Positions 55,959 through 63,904 of a DNA stretch of 64,000 nucleotides are shown piece by piece. The stretch's first letter is position 1, and each line of letters begins with the position of its first letter. The translations under genes were made by a program, and so were the position numbers. A model generated the notes under the pieces. It made no database searches. It saw nothing but the letters and a program-made list of their open reading frames with translations, and was not told where the DNA came from. Source of the DNA: a virus; the IMG/VR virus record IMGVR_UViG_3300050821_001592, positions 20,703 to 84,702 of that record. One strand, 5' to 3'.

Positions 55959-55976
55959 GGGGGTCGAAAGACCCCC
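55959..55976 (+). terminator. GAAA-tetraloop hairpin after the secreted protein gene
   Basis: GGGGGTC-GAAA-GACCCCC; weak U-tract. Confidence 0.45.
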
Positions 55977-55991
55977 ATTAAGTGAGGTATT

Positions 55992-56231
55992 ATGAGCTTT
56001 TTGATTTTCGAAGAAGGTCCGAGTTCAATCAGCGGAAAAACTAAGACGTGGATTATCAACGGTGGTAAGCTGGGGTCAATCCTGTGGTACCCCCATTGGA
56101 GAAAGTATTGCTTCTTTCCTCAGGCGAGTACCCTGTTCGACAACGATTGCCTTTTGACGATTGCGAACTTTTGTTCAACAGAGACACAGAAACACAAAGA
56201 CGCACACAAAGACGCACACAAAGGCTCGTGA
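55992..56231 (+). CDS. Hypothetical protein
   Basis: GAGG RBS; LGSI.WY.HWRKYCFFP motif. Confidence 0.65.
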   Translation: MSFLIFEEGPSSISGKTKTWIINGGKLGSILWYPHWRKYCFFPQASTLFDNDCLLTIANFCSTETQKHKDAHKDAHKGS

Positions 56232-56443
56232 TGACTGAAACTGAAGCATATGAAACCCTCGGATGGCCCCGAGCGGGGAGTGCGATGTTTATCCTCCCCA
56301 TCTCTGGTTCTGACCGAACCGATTGGGAAACGTACGAATGCCCGAGAGGGTGTTACCGGGGGTTGACTCTTCCTGAGGCGAAGGCACAGCCCGAGTTTAT
56401 GGGCAAGTGCCCAAGATGTAACATCCCTTGGATTTGGGGTTAG
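56231..56443 (+). CDS. Small zinc-ribbon protein
   Basis: CPRGC...CPRC; TGATG coupling. Confidence 0.5.
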   Translation: MTETEAYETLGWPRAGSAMFILPISGSDRTDWETYECPRGCYRGLTLPEAKAQPEFMGKCPRCNIPWIWG

Positions 56444-57370
56444 CTAGGCTCACTATGTAACACGTCTCGTAACCCTCTATAACACCCTCCGCGACACCCT
56501 CGTTCGACCCCCTCGTTTTAAATGTAACAAATCCCTAAAAATTAGAAAATCGGGCACCCACCCCTGAAGCGGACGGTGACATACCCCGTAGCCGTATACG
56601 ACATCCCGTCCCCTTAAAGACCCCCTATATTGGGACCCGCCTCGGATGGGACCCCCGACCCTTCCGGGTCCTCAGGACTCGTGTTTGTAAACCCCAGAAA
56701 ATAAAAATTTTATATGCCGCGTGGGAGAGTCCGTATAGGACCCATATGGGGCCCGCACTGTCAAAGGGGGGTATAGGGGGGACCCACAAGGACCATGCAC
56801 GCTCGTGTGGCTAGGCCAAGCTCGGCTGGCTGGCGACAAGGGGCTGGGGTGACCGCCACGGCCTGTTTCTTGGCAGTTAAGACCCCCTTTTGAATCAGTA
56901 GCTTAGGGGGAGAATCGTACATAGTGTTCGCTCCGTATTCGCCACGATTAAGTGTTTTATTTAGTGAGAGATGCAGAGCGAGCCGAGCGGAACAGGTGGC
57001 ATTTTATCTAAATGTAGGATTGCAAAGGGCTTAGATGGTTGTTACACTAGGGTGTTTTGTAACACGGCTGATGCACGAGGGTCGAGCGTCGTCCATGGCC
57101 CGTTAGTGGGGCGAATAAAACGCGGCGTAGCCACGACCACACGCGACACACACGCGACACACACGCGAGCCACGACTCAGGCTGCATCTCTACCCTTCGC
57201 TTTATCTTTGTGTTATTACATATAACACTGGCTCAAACCCAAGCTAGCCATTCTCTACCTCTCTATTCCCTTCGCTCTCTCCTATAGCGTCCGTTATCGA
57301 GGCTGCCCGATTTCTTGAATTGATACCGTAATACAATGATAGATGTAACACATGTGTTTCGCCTTCTATT
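56444..57370. other. Long non-coding region, probable genome terminus/packaging site
   Basis: About 0.9 kb without a credible CDS; G/C runs, repeated GGACCC; directly precedes the early promoters. Confidence 0.45.
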
Positions 57371-57373
57371 CGC

Positions 57374-57416
57374 TAGACCTTCGTGCCATTGCATTTGTTT
57401 TATTACTTGGTAGAAT
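57374..57416 (+). promoter_or_regulatory. Early promoter 1 with degenerate palindromic box
   Basis: TAGACCTTCGTGCCA-TTGCAT-16-TAGAAT. Confidence 0.6.
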
Positions 57417-57438
57417 GGTCACGGTTGGAGGACACAAT

Positions 57439-57678
57439 ATGCGCTTCGATTACTCAATTCAAGGCTGGCAGAACAACGGTCGCGTATGCGCTAGCGTTCA
57501 AGCTTCCGCCATCGTCGCAGAATTCAATCGCCTTAATATGCCCGTACCCAAGTCACTTGTCGAGATTACGACTAACGGAATACAGTACAGCAATCAAGAC
57601 TTTGATGTCCTCTCGCACGCCATGAATCTCTTGTGGCAGGTCGATAATGATGTGTGGGCACGAATTGCAACGAAGTAG
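57439..57678 (+). CDS. Early hypothetical protein
   Basis: GGAGG RBS, ATG 57439. Confidence 0.65.
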   Translation: MRFDYSIQGWQNNGRVCASVQASAIVAEFNRLNMPVPKSLVEITTNGIQYSNQDFDVLSHAMNLLWQVDNDVWARIATK

Positions 57679-57719
57679 CACCTTTGTGCTATTGCCCGTC
57701 CTCGCGGGTGTGGTATGAT
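57676..57719 (+). promoter_or_regulatory. Early promoter 2 with palindromic box
   Basis: TAGCAC-CTTT-GTGCTA-TTGCCC-16-TATGAT. Confidence 0.7.
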
Positions 57720-57726
57720 TATCCTC

Positions 57727-58080
57727 ATGGCGCAACGTAAACACCGGAAGCAAATGACACGCGGGGAGATAGCCGCTATCGAATCCCTCATCAAGGCTGT
57801 CCCGTCTTGGGTCAGCAAGTCTCACTACACCGTACGTAGCCGCGAGCGTCGGATTGCCCGCATTGAGGTATTTCAAGCCGTGCGCTACGGTGAGGTCATT
57901 GAGGCGAAGGATGACAACCGCGTCGTCATGCGTCACCATTCCGGGGTTTGTGTCGTATTAAGTGTGCCCGACCACACCGTTGTCACAGTCTGGTATAACG
58001 CCCCTGAGGACCAACATTACACACTCGATTTGAGCCAATACCGATGGAGTATTGACCTCACGAAATGGAGCCCGCGATGA
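57727..58080 (+). CDS. Early protein, possibly RelE-like fold
   Basis: SHY..R..ER.I...G.VIE...RV..R...VVTVW.N...D.H.TLD pattern; leaderless start. Confidence 0.5.
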   Translation: MAQRKHRKQMTRGEIAAIESLIKAVPSWVSKSHYTVRSRERRIARIEVFQAVRYGEVIEAKDDNRVVMRHHSGVCVVLSVPDHTVVTVWYNAPEDQHYTLDLSQYRWSIDLTKWSPR

Positions 58081-58322
58081 GAGGCGACAGTCAGTGGTTC
58101 AAGGACGTATACGAACAGGCCGAGACGGCTACACGGTTAGAGCATGCCATGTTCGATGCTGGACTCGACTGTCGGACAGATGCAGGCTTTTCAGCATGGT
58201 TTCATTTCAATCACTCGGGCCCGTTGGCTCGTCAACACAGGTTGGATTGTCAGCCCGTGTGGGAACACCGGACGTTCCAAGCTTGGGGCGGATATGCCGG
58301 ATACATCGAATCTCTAGAGTAG
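58077..58322 (+). CDS. Early hypothetical protein
   Basis: GGAG RBS, ATGA overlap. Confidence 0.55.
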   Translation: MRGDSQWFKDVYEQAETATRLEHAMFDAGLDCRTDAGFSAWFHFNHSGPLARQHRLDCQPVWEHRTFQAWGGYAGYIESLE

Positions 58323-58364
58323 CACCTTTGTGCCATTGCGCGATTCGTGTCGTAGATGTAACAT
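58320..58364 (+). promoter_or_regulatory. Early promoter 3 with palindromic box
   Basis: TAGCAC-CTTT-GTGCCA-TTGCGC-17-TAACAT. Confidence 0.6.
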
Positions 58365-58370
58365 TATTAC

Positions 58371-58817
58371 ATGGAAACGAATTGCATATCAGGTGGCATT
58401 AAATTCGCCCTCGCTGATGCGCTAGCTGTGCGGGATGAAGCGCACGCGACGGAGCATAACGATTGCACAGTTCGGGCGCTGAGGGTCGCGGCAGGCGTCC
58501 CGTATGCCGATGCTCACTCATTATGTGCCCGATTAGGCCGCCGTAATCGTAAGGGTATGAAAACCGCGGAACTCTTCAATATGTGCGCGTTACCCCACGT
58601 CTATGGATACAAAGTCACGCGGGTTATACTGCCGATGTTCGTGAATACCCTAGGGCGTGCGATGCCTCATCTGCGAACAGGGCGTTATCTCATCGTGAAG
58701 ACAGGCCACGCTATCGGCTGTATCAACGGCGTCCTATATGACACGGCACCGAGCGGTCCGTCTTCTCGGATTAAGATGATATTGAAATTCACTCCGACGA
58801 GCGAGGTCGGGCTTTAG
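58371..58817 (+). CDS. Early protein with DCTVRAL...H...D motif (possible papain-like fold)
   Basis: NDCTVRAL..A....Y..AH...GRY.....GHA....NG..YD. Confidence 0.6.
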   Translation: METNCISGGIKFALADALAVRDEAHATEHNDCTVRALRVAAGVPYADAHSLCARLGRRNRKGMKTAELFNMCALPHVYGYKVTRVILPMFVNTLGRAMPHLRTGRYLIVKTGHAIGCINGVLYDTAPSGPSSRIKMILKFTPTSEVGL

Positions 58818-58824
58818 AATTCGC

Positions 58825-58854
58825 TTGACAGGGTTTTACATCCTACGATAGGAT
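58825..58854 (+). promoter_or_regulatory. Sigma70 promoter
   Basis: TTGACA-18-TAGGAT, ATG 6 nt downstream. Confidence 0.6.
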
Positions 58855-58901
58855 TATCTCATGAAACTCACTCTTGAATTGCCAGCGATTGGAGGCCTAG
58901 C

Positions 58902-59114
58902 GTGAGAACTGACGGCGTGCCTTTCCTACAGGACGCAGTAAACCAATGGCGCAAGGCGGCTGCAATGTTTCCCGAAAATCCATCGCATGCGGCGGAGTGC
59001 AATCTTGCCGCACGGTCGCTCGAACTAGAAATTGAGACAGGCGAACCGCACTGCGTCTGTCACCTGATACCTTCGACTACTTGTCCGAAACGAATTGCGA
59101 GGGAAATACGATGA
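58902..59114 (+). CDS. Early hypothetical protein
   Basis: GGAGG RBS, GTG start. Confidence 0.55.
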   Translation: MRTDGVPFLQDAVNQWRKAAAMFPENPSHAAECNLAARSLELEIETGEPHCVCHLIPSTTCPKRIAREIR

Positions 59115-59497
59115 CGAAACTCACTCTTGAATTGCCCGCATCTGCCGCAGCAAAACTCGCCACACTCACATCCGCGCAGCTAGCTGAATTGGGCGCTATC
59201 CTCGGCTGTGAAGTCAAGAGTGTGGCCATCCAACCGAGCGAGTACACACGTCGGTCGCGTGTGAATGCTGCGCTCTATGACCTGACAACCAAGGGCGTAT
59301 ATCCCGATACCGTGCCGTGGCAGGAGATAGATGCAATACTCGCCGAGCATGGTTTTGACTGGCGGCGAGACGAGAGCGCCGTGACTACAGGCGCTGACGG
59401 GCGCGTGCATTATCAGGTAGGCCCTAAGACGTGGCTACTCGTGTCGTGGTATCGCATGCCTTCTGGACGCTATGAGGTCGTCGCGTATGTCAGCTAA
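59111..59497 (+). CDS. Early hypothetical protein
   Basis: ATGA overlap; C-terminal SWYRMPSGRYEVVAYVS. Confidence 0.65.
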   Translation: MTKLTLELPASAAAKLATLTSAQLAELGAILGCEVKSVAIQPSEYTRRSRVNAALYDLTTKGVYPDTVPWQEIDAILAEHGFDWRRDESAVTTGADGRVHYQVGPKTWLLVSWYRMPSGRYEVVAYVS

Positions 59498-59831
59498 AAA
59501 TATAGCTTGCGTCACCCCCGGTTGTCCAAACAACGGGGAGCTAATCATGGGTATGCGTGCTTCCTTGTGTACGGAGTGTATCGCACAACCAGAACCGAGC
59601 CCCATGCGACAGCAAGCGGCTGAATTACTTAAGCGGGCGCATATCCCAACTACTGAGCCCGACATCACGACACTCGCTAAGGACCTCGAACTCGTTCATT
59701 ACGAACGGGGGCTAGACTGCGTGTGGAAGAGGAACTACTCCGCGCCTGAATTATTGCTGTCGCGTATTGGCGGTATTGGCGCACTATCACGATATCTATC
59801 CACCATACGACCTACGCGGAGGGGAAAATGA
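59487..59831 (+). CDS. Early hypothetical protein with Cys motif
   Basis: CVTPGC...CTEC. Confidence 0.5.
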   Translation: MSAKNIACVTPGCPNNGELIMGMRASLCTECIAQPEPSPMRQQAAELLKRAHIPTTEPDITTLAKDLELVHYERGLDCVWKRNYSAPELLLSRIGGIGALSRYLSTIRPTRRGK

Positions 59832-59983
59832 TTATCGAATTGACTGACAAGGAACTCACTCTGGCCCGCGTTGCACTACGGGCGTATCGCAATGACTTGC
59901 TCGACGAGGCCCACATCGACGATTGGGTTTATATCGCAGCGGAGGACATACAGCGGTTGCACGACAAGCTGGAGCGGCAATGA
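59828..59983 (+). CDS. Early small protein (51 aa)
   Basis: GGAGG RBS; ATGA overlaps at both ends; not in the ORF track. Confidence 0.6.
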   Translation: MIIELTDKELTLARVALRAYRNDLLDEAHIDDWVYIAAEDIQRLHDKLERQ

Positions 59984-60231
59984 GACACGAGCATAAAGAC
60001 CGCGTCGGGCGTGCCTGCACGATATTGAATTCCGGCGGGCATTACGAAGTCTGCGAGTGTGGAGCTACTCGTTTAGTCCCATCAGATGGTCGCCCGAAGA
60101 TTACCGGGGGAGACGACCGTGAGGGGTGGCACACTTGTCCGATATGCACTCCCGACTTTTTTCTCACTGAAGGCCCGCCAACGGATTGGACGAAACTCTT
60201 ATCCCGCGAAAAGAAAGCGAAAATACGATGA
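59980..60231 (+). CDS. Early Cys/His-rich protein
   Basis: HEH...CECG...CPIC. Confidence 0.55.
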   Translation: MRHEHKDRVGRACTILNSGGHYEVCECGATRLVPSDGRPKITGGDDREGWHTCPICTPDFFLTEGPPTDWTKLLSREKKAKIR

Positions 60232-60446
60232 CGCTATTAGAGCGCATAGAATCACTCGTGGGTACCGTTACTGCGTACGACGGTCGGTTGTGCTTCTGGG
60301 CTAATGCACGACCGAATGACGTAAGGGATATCGCCCCACGAGTCAATGCCCACCCACTAGATGTCATGGCCTGTATGCCCGTTTTTGAACGTGTGAAGCG
60401 AGGCAGAGAAAAGCCCGAAGCCTCAGAACCCGAAAGCGAGGAGTAA
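60228..60446 (+). CDS. Early hypothetical protein
   Basis: ATGA overlap. Confidence 0.5.
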   Translation: MTLLERIESLVGTVTAYDGRLCFWANARPNDVRDIAPRVNAHPLDVMACMPVFERVKRGREKPEASEPESEE

Positions 60447-60447
60447 T

Positions 60448-60654
60448 ATGGACGTTACATATAAAATCGGCGTCGAACTCGATGAATCTGAATTAGACGA
60501 ACTGATTAGCGCGGTATGGCACGCGCAACAGGATTCGAGCCCGATGTATTATGAACGGCTCGCTAAGTTGCGTGCCCTGCTAGAGCGTAGCCGAACTGCC
60601 CCCCGTATTGCTCATATAGGAACAGGGGATAACATGATAGTCGTTCAGCAGTAG
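60448..60654 (+). CDS. Early hypothetical protein
   Basis: GAGGAG RBS. Confidence 0.55.
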   Translation: MDVTYKIGVELDESELDELISAVWHAQQDSSPMYYERLAKLRALLERSRTAPRIAHIGTGDNMIVVQQ

Positions 60655-60696
60655 CACCTTCGTGCCATTGTGTTATTTCTACAAACCTCTTATGAT
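60652..60696 (+). promoter_or_regulatory. Early promoter 4 with palindromic box
   Basis: TAGCAC-CTTC-GTGCCA-TTGTGT-17-TATGAT. Confidence 0.6.
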
Positions 60697-60771
60697 GTAT
60701 TCACGCTGGCTTTGAGCAACGACGAATACGAGCTTAGGCAAACGGTCGGGCCAGCGAAAATAGGGGGACAC

Positions 60772-61113
60772 ATGGGTTACTCTTGCACAAAGGACGCGGC
60801 TGATATGCTGGGGCTCATCCGCAATCAGTTCCGTGATGGAGAGACCTCCAATGGTTTACGTATCGGCGCTGCGACATTTTTCTATGAGGTAGGCCGCGAG
60901 CAACCAGACGGCTCAATCACGGGCACGCTGTTCGAAAACATCGACGCGACTCACGCGAGAAAGTACGGCTCTTTCAAGATTTCATATTCGGGCGGTATCG
61001 TTCGATTCCCCGGCATCAAGCGAGATATGCGTACCTCCCTACAGTTTCGATTTTTTGAACTTCGTCGCGTCAATCCCGCGTTACTCTCGTCCTATTCTCA
61101 CGGAGGCATCTAA
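60772..61113 (+). CDS. Early hypothetical protein
   Basis: GGGGGA RBS; MGYSCT...GREQ.DG.ITG motif. Confidence 0.65.
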   Translation: MGYSCTKDAADMLGLIRNQFRDGETSNGLRIGAATFFYEVGREQPDGSITGTLFENIDATHARKYGSFKISYSGGIVRFPGIKRDMRTSLQFRFFELRRVNPALLSSYSHGGI

Positions 61114-61436
61114 TGTCTTGCACCAATCCGAATTGCGAATGCAAGCCCGGTACGTTTGCCAACATGAACCCGCCGAGGGCACTCGTATATGAGGGCTTCG
61201 GCCAGTTCAACCCACAGATGATTACCGACCTCGAATGGCAGAAGAAAGTCAGCGTCAACACTGCAAGCGGTAAGTACCGCGTAGAGATTAGGTGGGCCCT
61301 CGACTGCTATGACATCTATGTATGGCGTCGTGTGCAGGAGCCTGAGAGGGTCGTAGCCTACCACTATGCTAACTATTCTCGTACAGCCGTCAAGACGGCG
61401 AATCGATTACTCCGGCATTATGGTCGGAGTTACTAG
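61113..61436 (+). CDS. Early hypothetical protein
   Basis: GGAGG RBS, TAATG coupling. Confidence 0.55.
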   Translation: MSCTNPNCECKPGTFANMNPPRALVYEGFGQFNPQMITDLEWQKKVSVNTASGKYRVEIRWALDCYDIYVWRRVQEPERVVAYHYANYSRTAVKTANRLLRHYGRSY

Positions 61437-61477
61437 CACCGACGTGCTATTGAACGCTCTCCCCCGCGTGTTATAAT
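61434..61477 (+). promoter_or_regulatory. Early promoter 5 with palindromic box
   Basis: TAGCAC-CGAC-GTGCTA-TTGAAC-16-TATAAT. Confidence 0.75.
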
Positions 61478-61483
61478 CATTAC

Positions 61484-61699
61484 ATGAACTGGAGACGGCA
61501 ACAATTTCTCGAAGATTGTAGGGACGCTCAGAAGCCCTGCGAATGCCAGAATAATAGCGACCTCTGTAACCCATGTCGTGCTCGTGAAGTCGTAGGTATG
61601 GCGAAGACCCCGAGCGAAGCGTGGGCGATGGTCGCGCATCAGAAACGGGCAATCGCCGAATCGGAGCAGCACCTAAGTGCTATTGACGAAATTCGGTAG
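61484..61699 (+). CDS. Early Cys-rich protein
   Basis: Leaderless ATG; CEC...LCNPC. Confidence 0.55.
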   Translation: MNWRRQQFLEDCRDAQKPCECQNNSDLCNPCRAREVVGMAKTPSEAWAMVAHQKRAIAESEQHLSAIDEIR

Positions 61700-61714
61700 A
61701 CGCGATATTATGAT
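61667..61714 (+). promoter_or_regulatory. Early promoter 6 with palindromic box
   Basis: CAGCAC-CTAA-GTGCTA-TTGACG-17-TATTAT. Confidence 0.7.
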
Positions 61715-61720
61715 TTCACT

Positions 61721-61948
61721 ATGAAGAACTTAAACGCAATGCGGCTCCTGAAGAATGCAGCGGTGCAGACGCCCCTTAACAGTCCCGAATGGAATACTCT
61801 GGTCCATGCGGCCATATTCGTTGAGAAGTCGCAAAGCGAGTTAGCGGCGAAACGTCGCAATGCGGCCCGTAGGGCTCGCCACGAGGCGTTGACCTCTCTC
61901 GGATTGAAGCGGGTCAAGGGGGCTCTGGGCGGGACATATTATGAATAG
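61721..61948 (+). CDS. Early basic protein
   Basis: C-terminal SLGLKRVKGALGGTYYE. Confidence 0.65.
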   Translation: MKNLNAMRLLKNAAVQTPLNSPEWNTLVHAAIFVEKSQSELAAKRRNAARRARHEALTSLGLKRVKGALGGTYYE

Positions 61949-62141
61949 CACGGAGCTATATACGTTAACGGATACGGAAAGCGGGTTTACGACTGCCCTC
62001 GAATTGACGCTCAGCTTGAGGCGAGTGGGGTTCAAGACGCGACTAGCGGAACGTAAATTTAACCGATTCGGAGTGGTGACCGTGGTTGCGACATATCCGA
62101 AGAGACCGAACAGGAAGGAACGCGGGGCTAGTCTTAATTGA
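61941..62141 (+). CDS. Early hypothetical protein
   Basis: Overlaps the upstream stop. Confidence 0.5.
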   Translation: MNSTELYTLTDTESGFTTALELTLSLRRVGFKTRLAERKFNRFGVVTVVATYPKRPNRKERGASLN

Positions 62142-62244
62142 TTGCCTCTGATACATCGTGGCCAAACGTGGACGCACGGCTCTGGATGAAGCGAAGGTTA
62201 ATCCCTTAGCAGGAGATGGCGGCGCTGTATCAGAGGCAGTCAAT
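62137..62244. repeat. 19-bp inverted repeat enclosing 70 nt; candidate small RNA
   Basis: ATTGATTGCCTCTGATACA (62137-62155) / TGTATCAGAGGCAGTCAAT (62226-62244), one G:U on the plus strand. Confidence 0.7.
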
Positions 62245-62258
62245 CAGGAAAATAACTC

Positions 62259-62287
62259 TTGACACAGGAGTGGTCATCCGGTAGGAT
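62259..62287 (+). promoter_or_regulatory. Sigma70 promoter of the AAA gene (leaderless)
   Basis: TTGACA-17-TAGGAT-6 nt-ATG. Confidence 0.75.
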
Positions 62288-62293
62288 ACTCAC

Positions 62294-63853
62294 ATGGCAA
62301 ACAAGACCTTCACCGAACAGTTTCTTGAGGCGCGGTTAGTCAGCACTCCGCAGGTTGTCATACGCACCCATGATGCTTTCGCTACTACAAAGGCGATTGC
62401 AAAGGCTTTCGATAAACGCGAGGACATGCCCTTTATTTCTTGGGACGCTATCAACGGGCTCAAGGGCTTGACTGACGCGGGCGTCACTGAAATCGGCGAT
62501 ATGCTGAAACCTACTGAGACGGCACCAGCGGAGACCGTGGACCTCTCAGTCGCACTAGGCGTACTCGCGTCAGCATCGAAGGATGTAATCGCTTTCATCC
62601 ACAATCCGCATCTCGTGTGGGATACAGACAAAAAAGTTCTTCAGGGTATCTTGAATCTCCGCGACGACTACAAGGCCAACGGTAACATGGTGGTGTTTCT
62701 CCTCGGCGTGGGCGATGAACTTCCGAGTGAAATCGGACAGGATGTCCTCGTGTTAGAAGTCCCATTGCCTACCCGCGAACAGCTTGCGTCAATCGTAAAA
62801 TCTATTTACGAATACGCGGGACAGGAGACGGCGTACAAAGCGTGCAAAAAAGGCCCCGATGCCGAAACCCTGCGACGTGCAACTGACGCGGGTATCGGAC
62901 TCCCGCAATTCCCCTTCGACCAATCGACCGCAATTTGCCTCAATAAAGTCACGGGCGTGCTCGATATAGACGCTCTGTGGACGCGTAAGCGAGAGATTGT
63001 TACGCAAAACCCCGGATTGACCTACCACGCGACGGTAGAAACCCTAGCGGACATGGCGGGCTGTTCTTCGTGGCTCGACTCCGCTCAATTGTTGATGAAT
63101 GGTCCGAAACAACCGACTGTTATCGTCCGTATGGACGAGATACAGCGGCAATTCGCGGGCAACGAGACGGATTCCTCCGGCACAAAAGGCAACCTCATGG
63201 GGGAATTCCTGAATTGGGTGAACGACCGGAAGGTCATCTGTACTCTCAACGTAGGCGTCTCAGGAACATCTAAATCATGGGCACCCTACTGTATTGGCGG
63301 ACAGGCGGGTAAGCCCGTAATTAATTATGACCTCGCGGCGATGGAACATGAGCACGTCGGCAAATCCGCCCGCCACATGCGGAACGCGAATCGCTGCCTC
63401 GATGCTATCGGAGACGGTAAAATCTGGCTCATTGCAACGGCGAATAAACTCGACGGTCTCCCGCCTGAGTTGATATCCCGGTTTCAGTTAGGCGGTATCT
63501 GGTTTTTTGATATGCCTACGGATGAGGAGAAGGCCGCTATCCTGAAGATTAAAGTAAAAGCATACGGGCTCGATGCGAATCAACCTATGCCCGCGATGAC
63601 CGGATGGACGGGGCGAGACATCGACAACTGCTGCAACAAAGCGAGCCTTTTCGGTACTACCCTACAGCGGGCGTCCAAATACATCGTACCGTTGCACGAG
63701 TCGCATCACGAGCAGATTGAGGGTATTCGCATGGCCGCGAGTGGTCGCTTCCTATCCGCTTCGACGGAGGGCATCTATCGATACTCGCCTTCGCCAATTA
63801 AGCACGAACCCGCATCGAAGGTCGTCGAGGGGCGAAAGTTCAGGACTGAGTAA
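62294..63853 (+). CDS. Ycf46-like AAA+ ATPase with rearranged motif order
   Basis: Degenerate first AAA domain (LP.E....LPTRE.L), then VRMDEI..F.G...SSG, GVSGTSKS, VG.S...MR, IATAN....LPPEL, FFD.P..EE. Confidence 0.8.
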   Translation: MANKTFTEQFLEARLVSTPQVVIRTHDAFATTKAIAKAFDKREDMPFISWDAINGLKGLTDAGVTEIGDMLKPTETAPAETVDLSVALGVLASASKDVIAFIHNPHLVWDTDKKVLQGILNLRDDYKANGNMVVFLLGVGDELPSEIGQDVLVLEVPLPTREQLASIVKSIYEYAGQETAYKACKKGPDAETLRRATDAGIGLPQFPFDQSTAICLNKVTGVLDIDALWTRKREIVTQNPGLTYHATVETLADMAGCSSWLDSAQLLMNGPKQPTVIVRMDEIQRQFAGNETDSSGTKGNLMGEFLNWVNDRKVICTLNVGVSGTSKSWAPYCIGGQAGKPVINYDLAAMEHEHVGKSARHMRNANRCLDAIGDGKIWLIATANKLDGLPPELISRFQLGGIWFFDMPTDEEKAAILKIKVKAYGLDANQPMPAMTGWTGRDIDNCCNKASLFGTTLQRASKYIVPLHESHHEQIEGIRMAASGRFLSASTEGIYRYSPSPIKHEPASKVVEGRKFRTE

Positions 63854-63904
63854 CAGGGCTGAGTAGCAGGAGTAACCGTCTAAAAAAAATTAGGGAAGGC
63901 TAGA

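Noticed and set aside
57676-61682. CRISPR array or sigma54 promoters from the repeated GCAC/GTGC box
   Set aside because: Copies are 0.2-2.3 kb apart with genes between; the GG-to-GC spacing on the minus strand is 9 nt, not 10.
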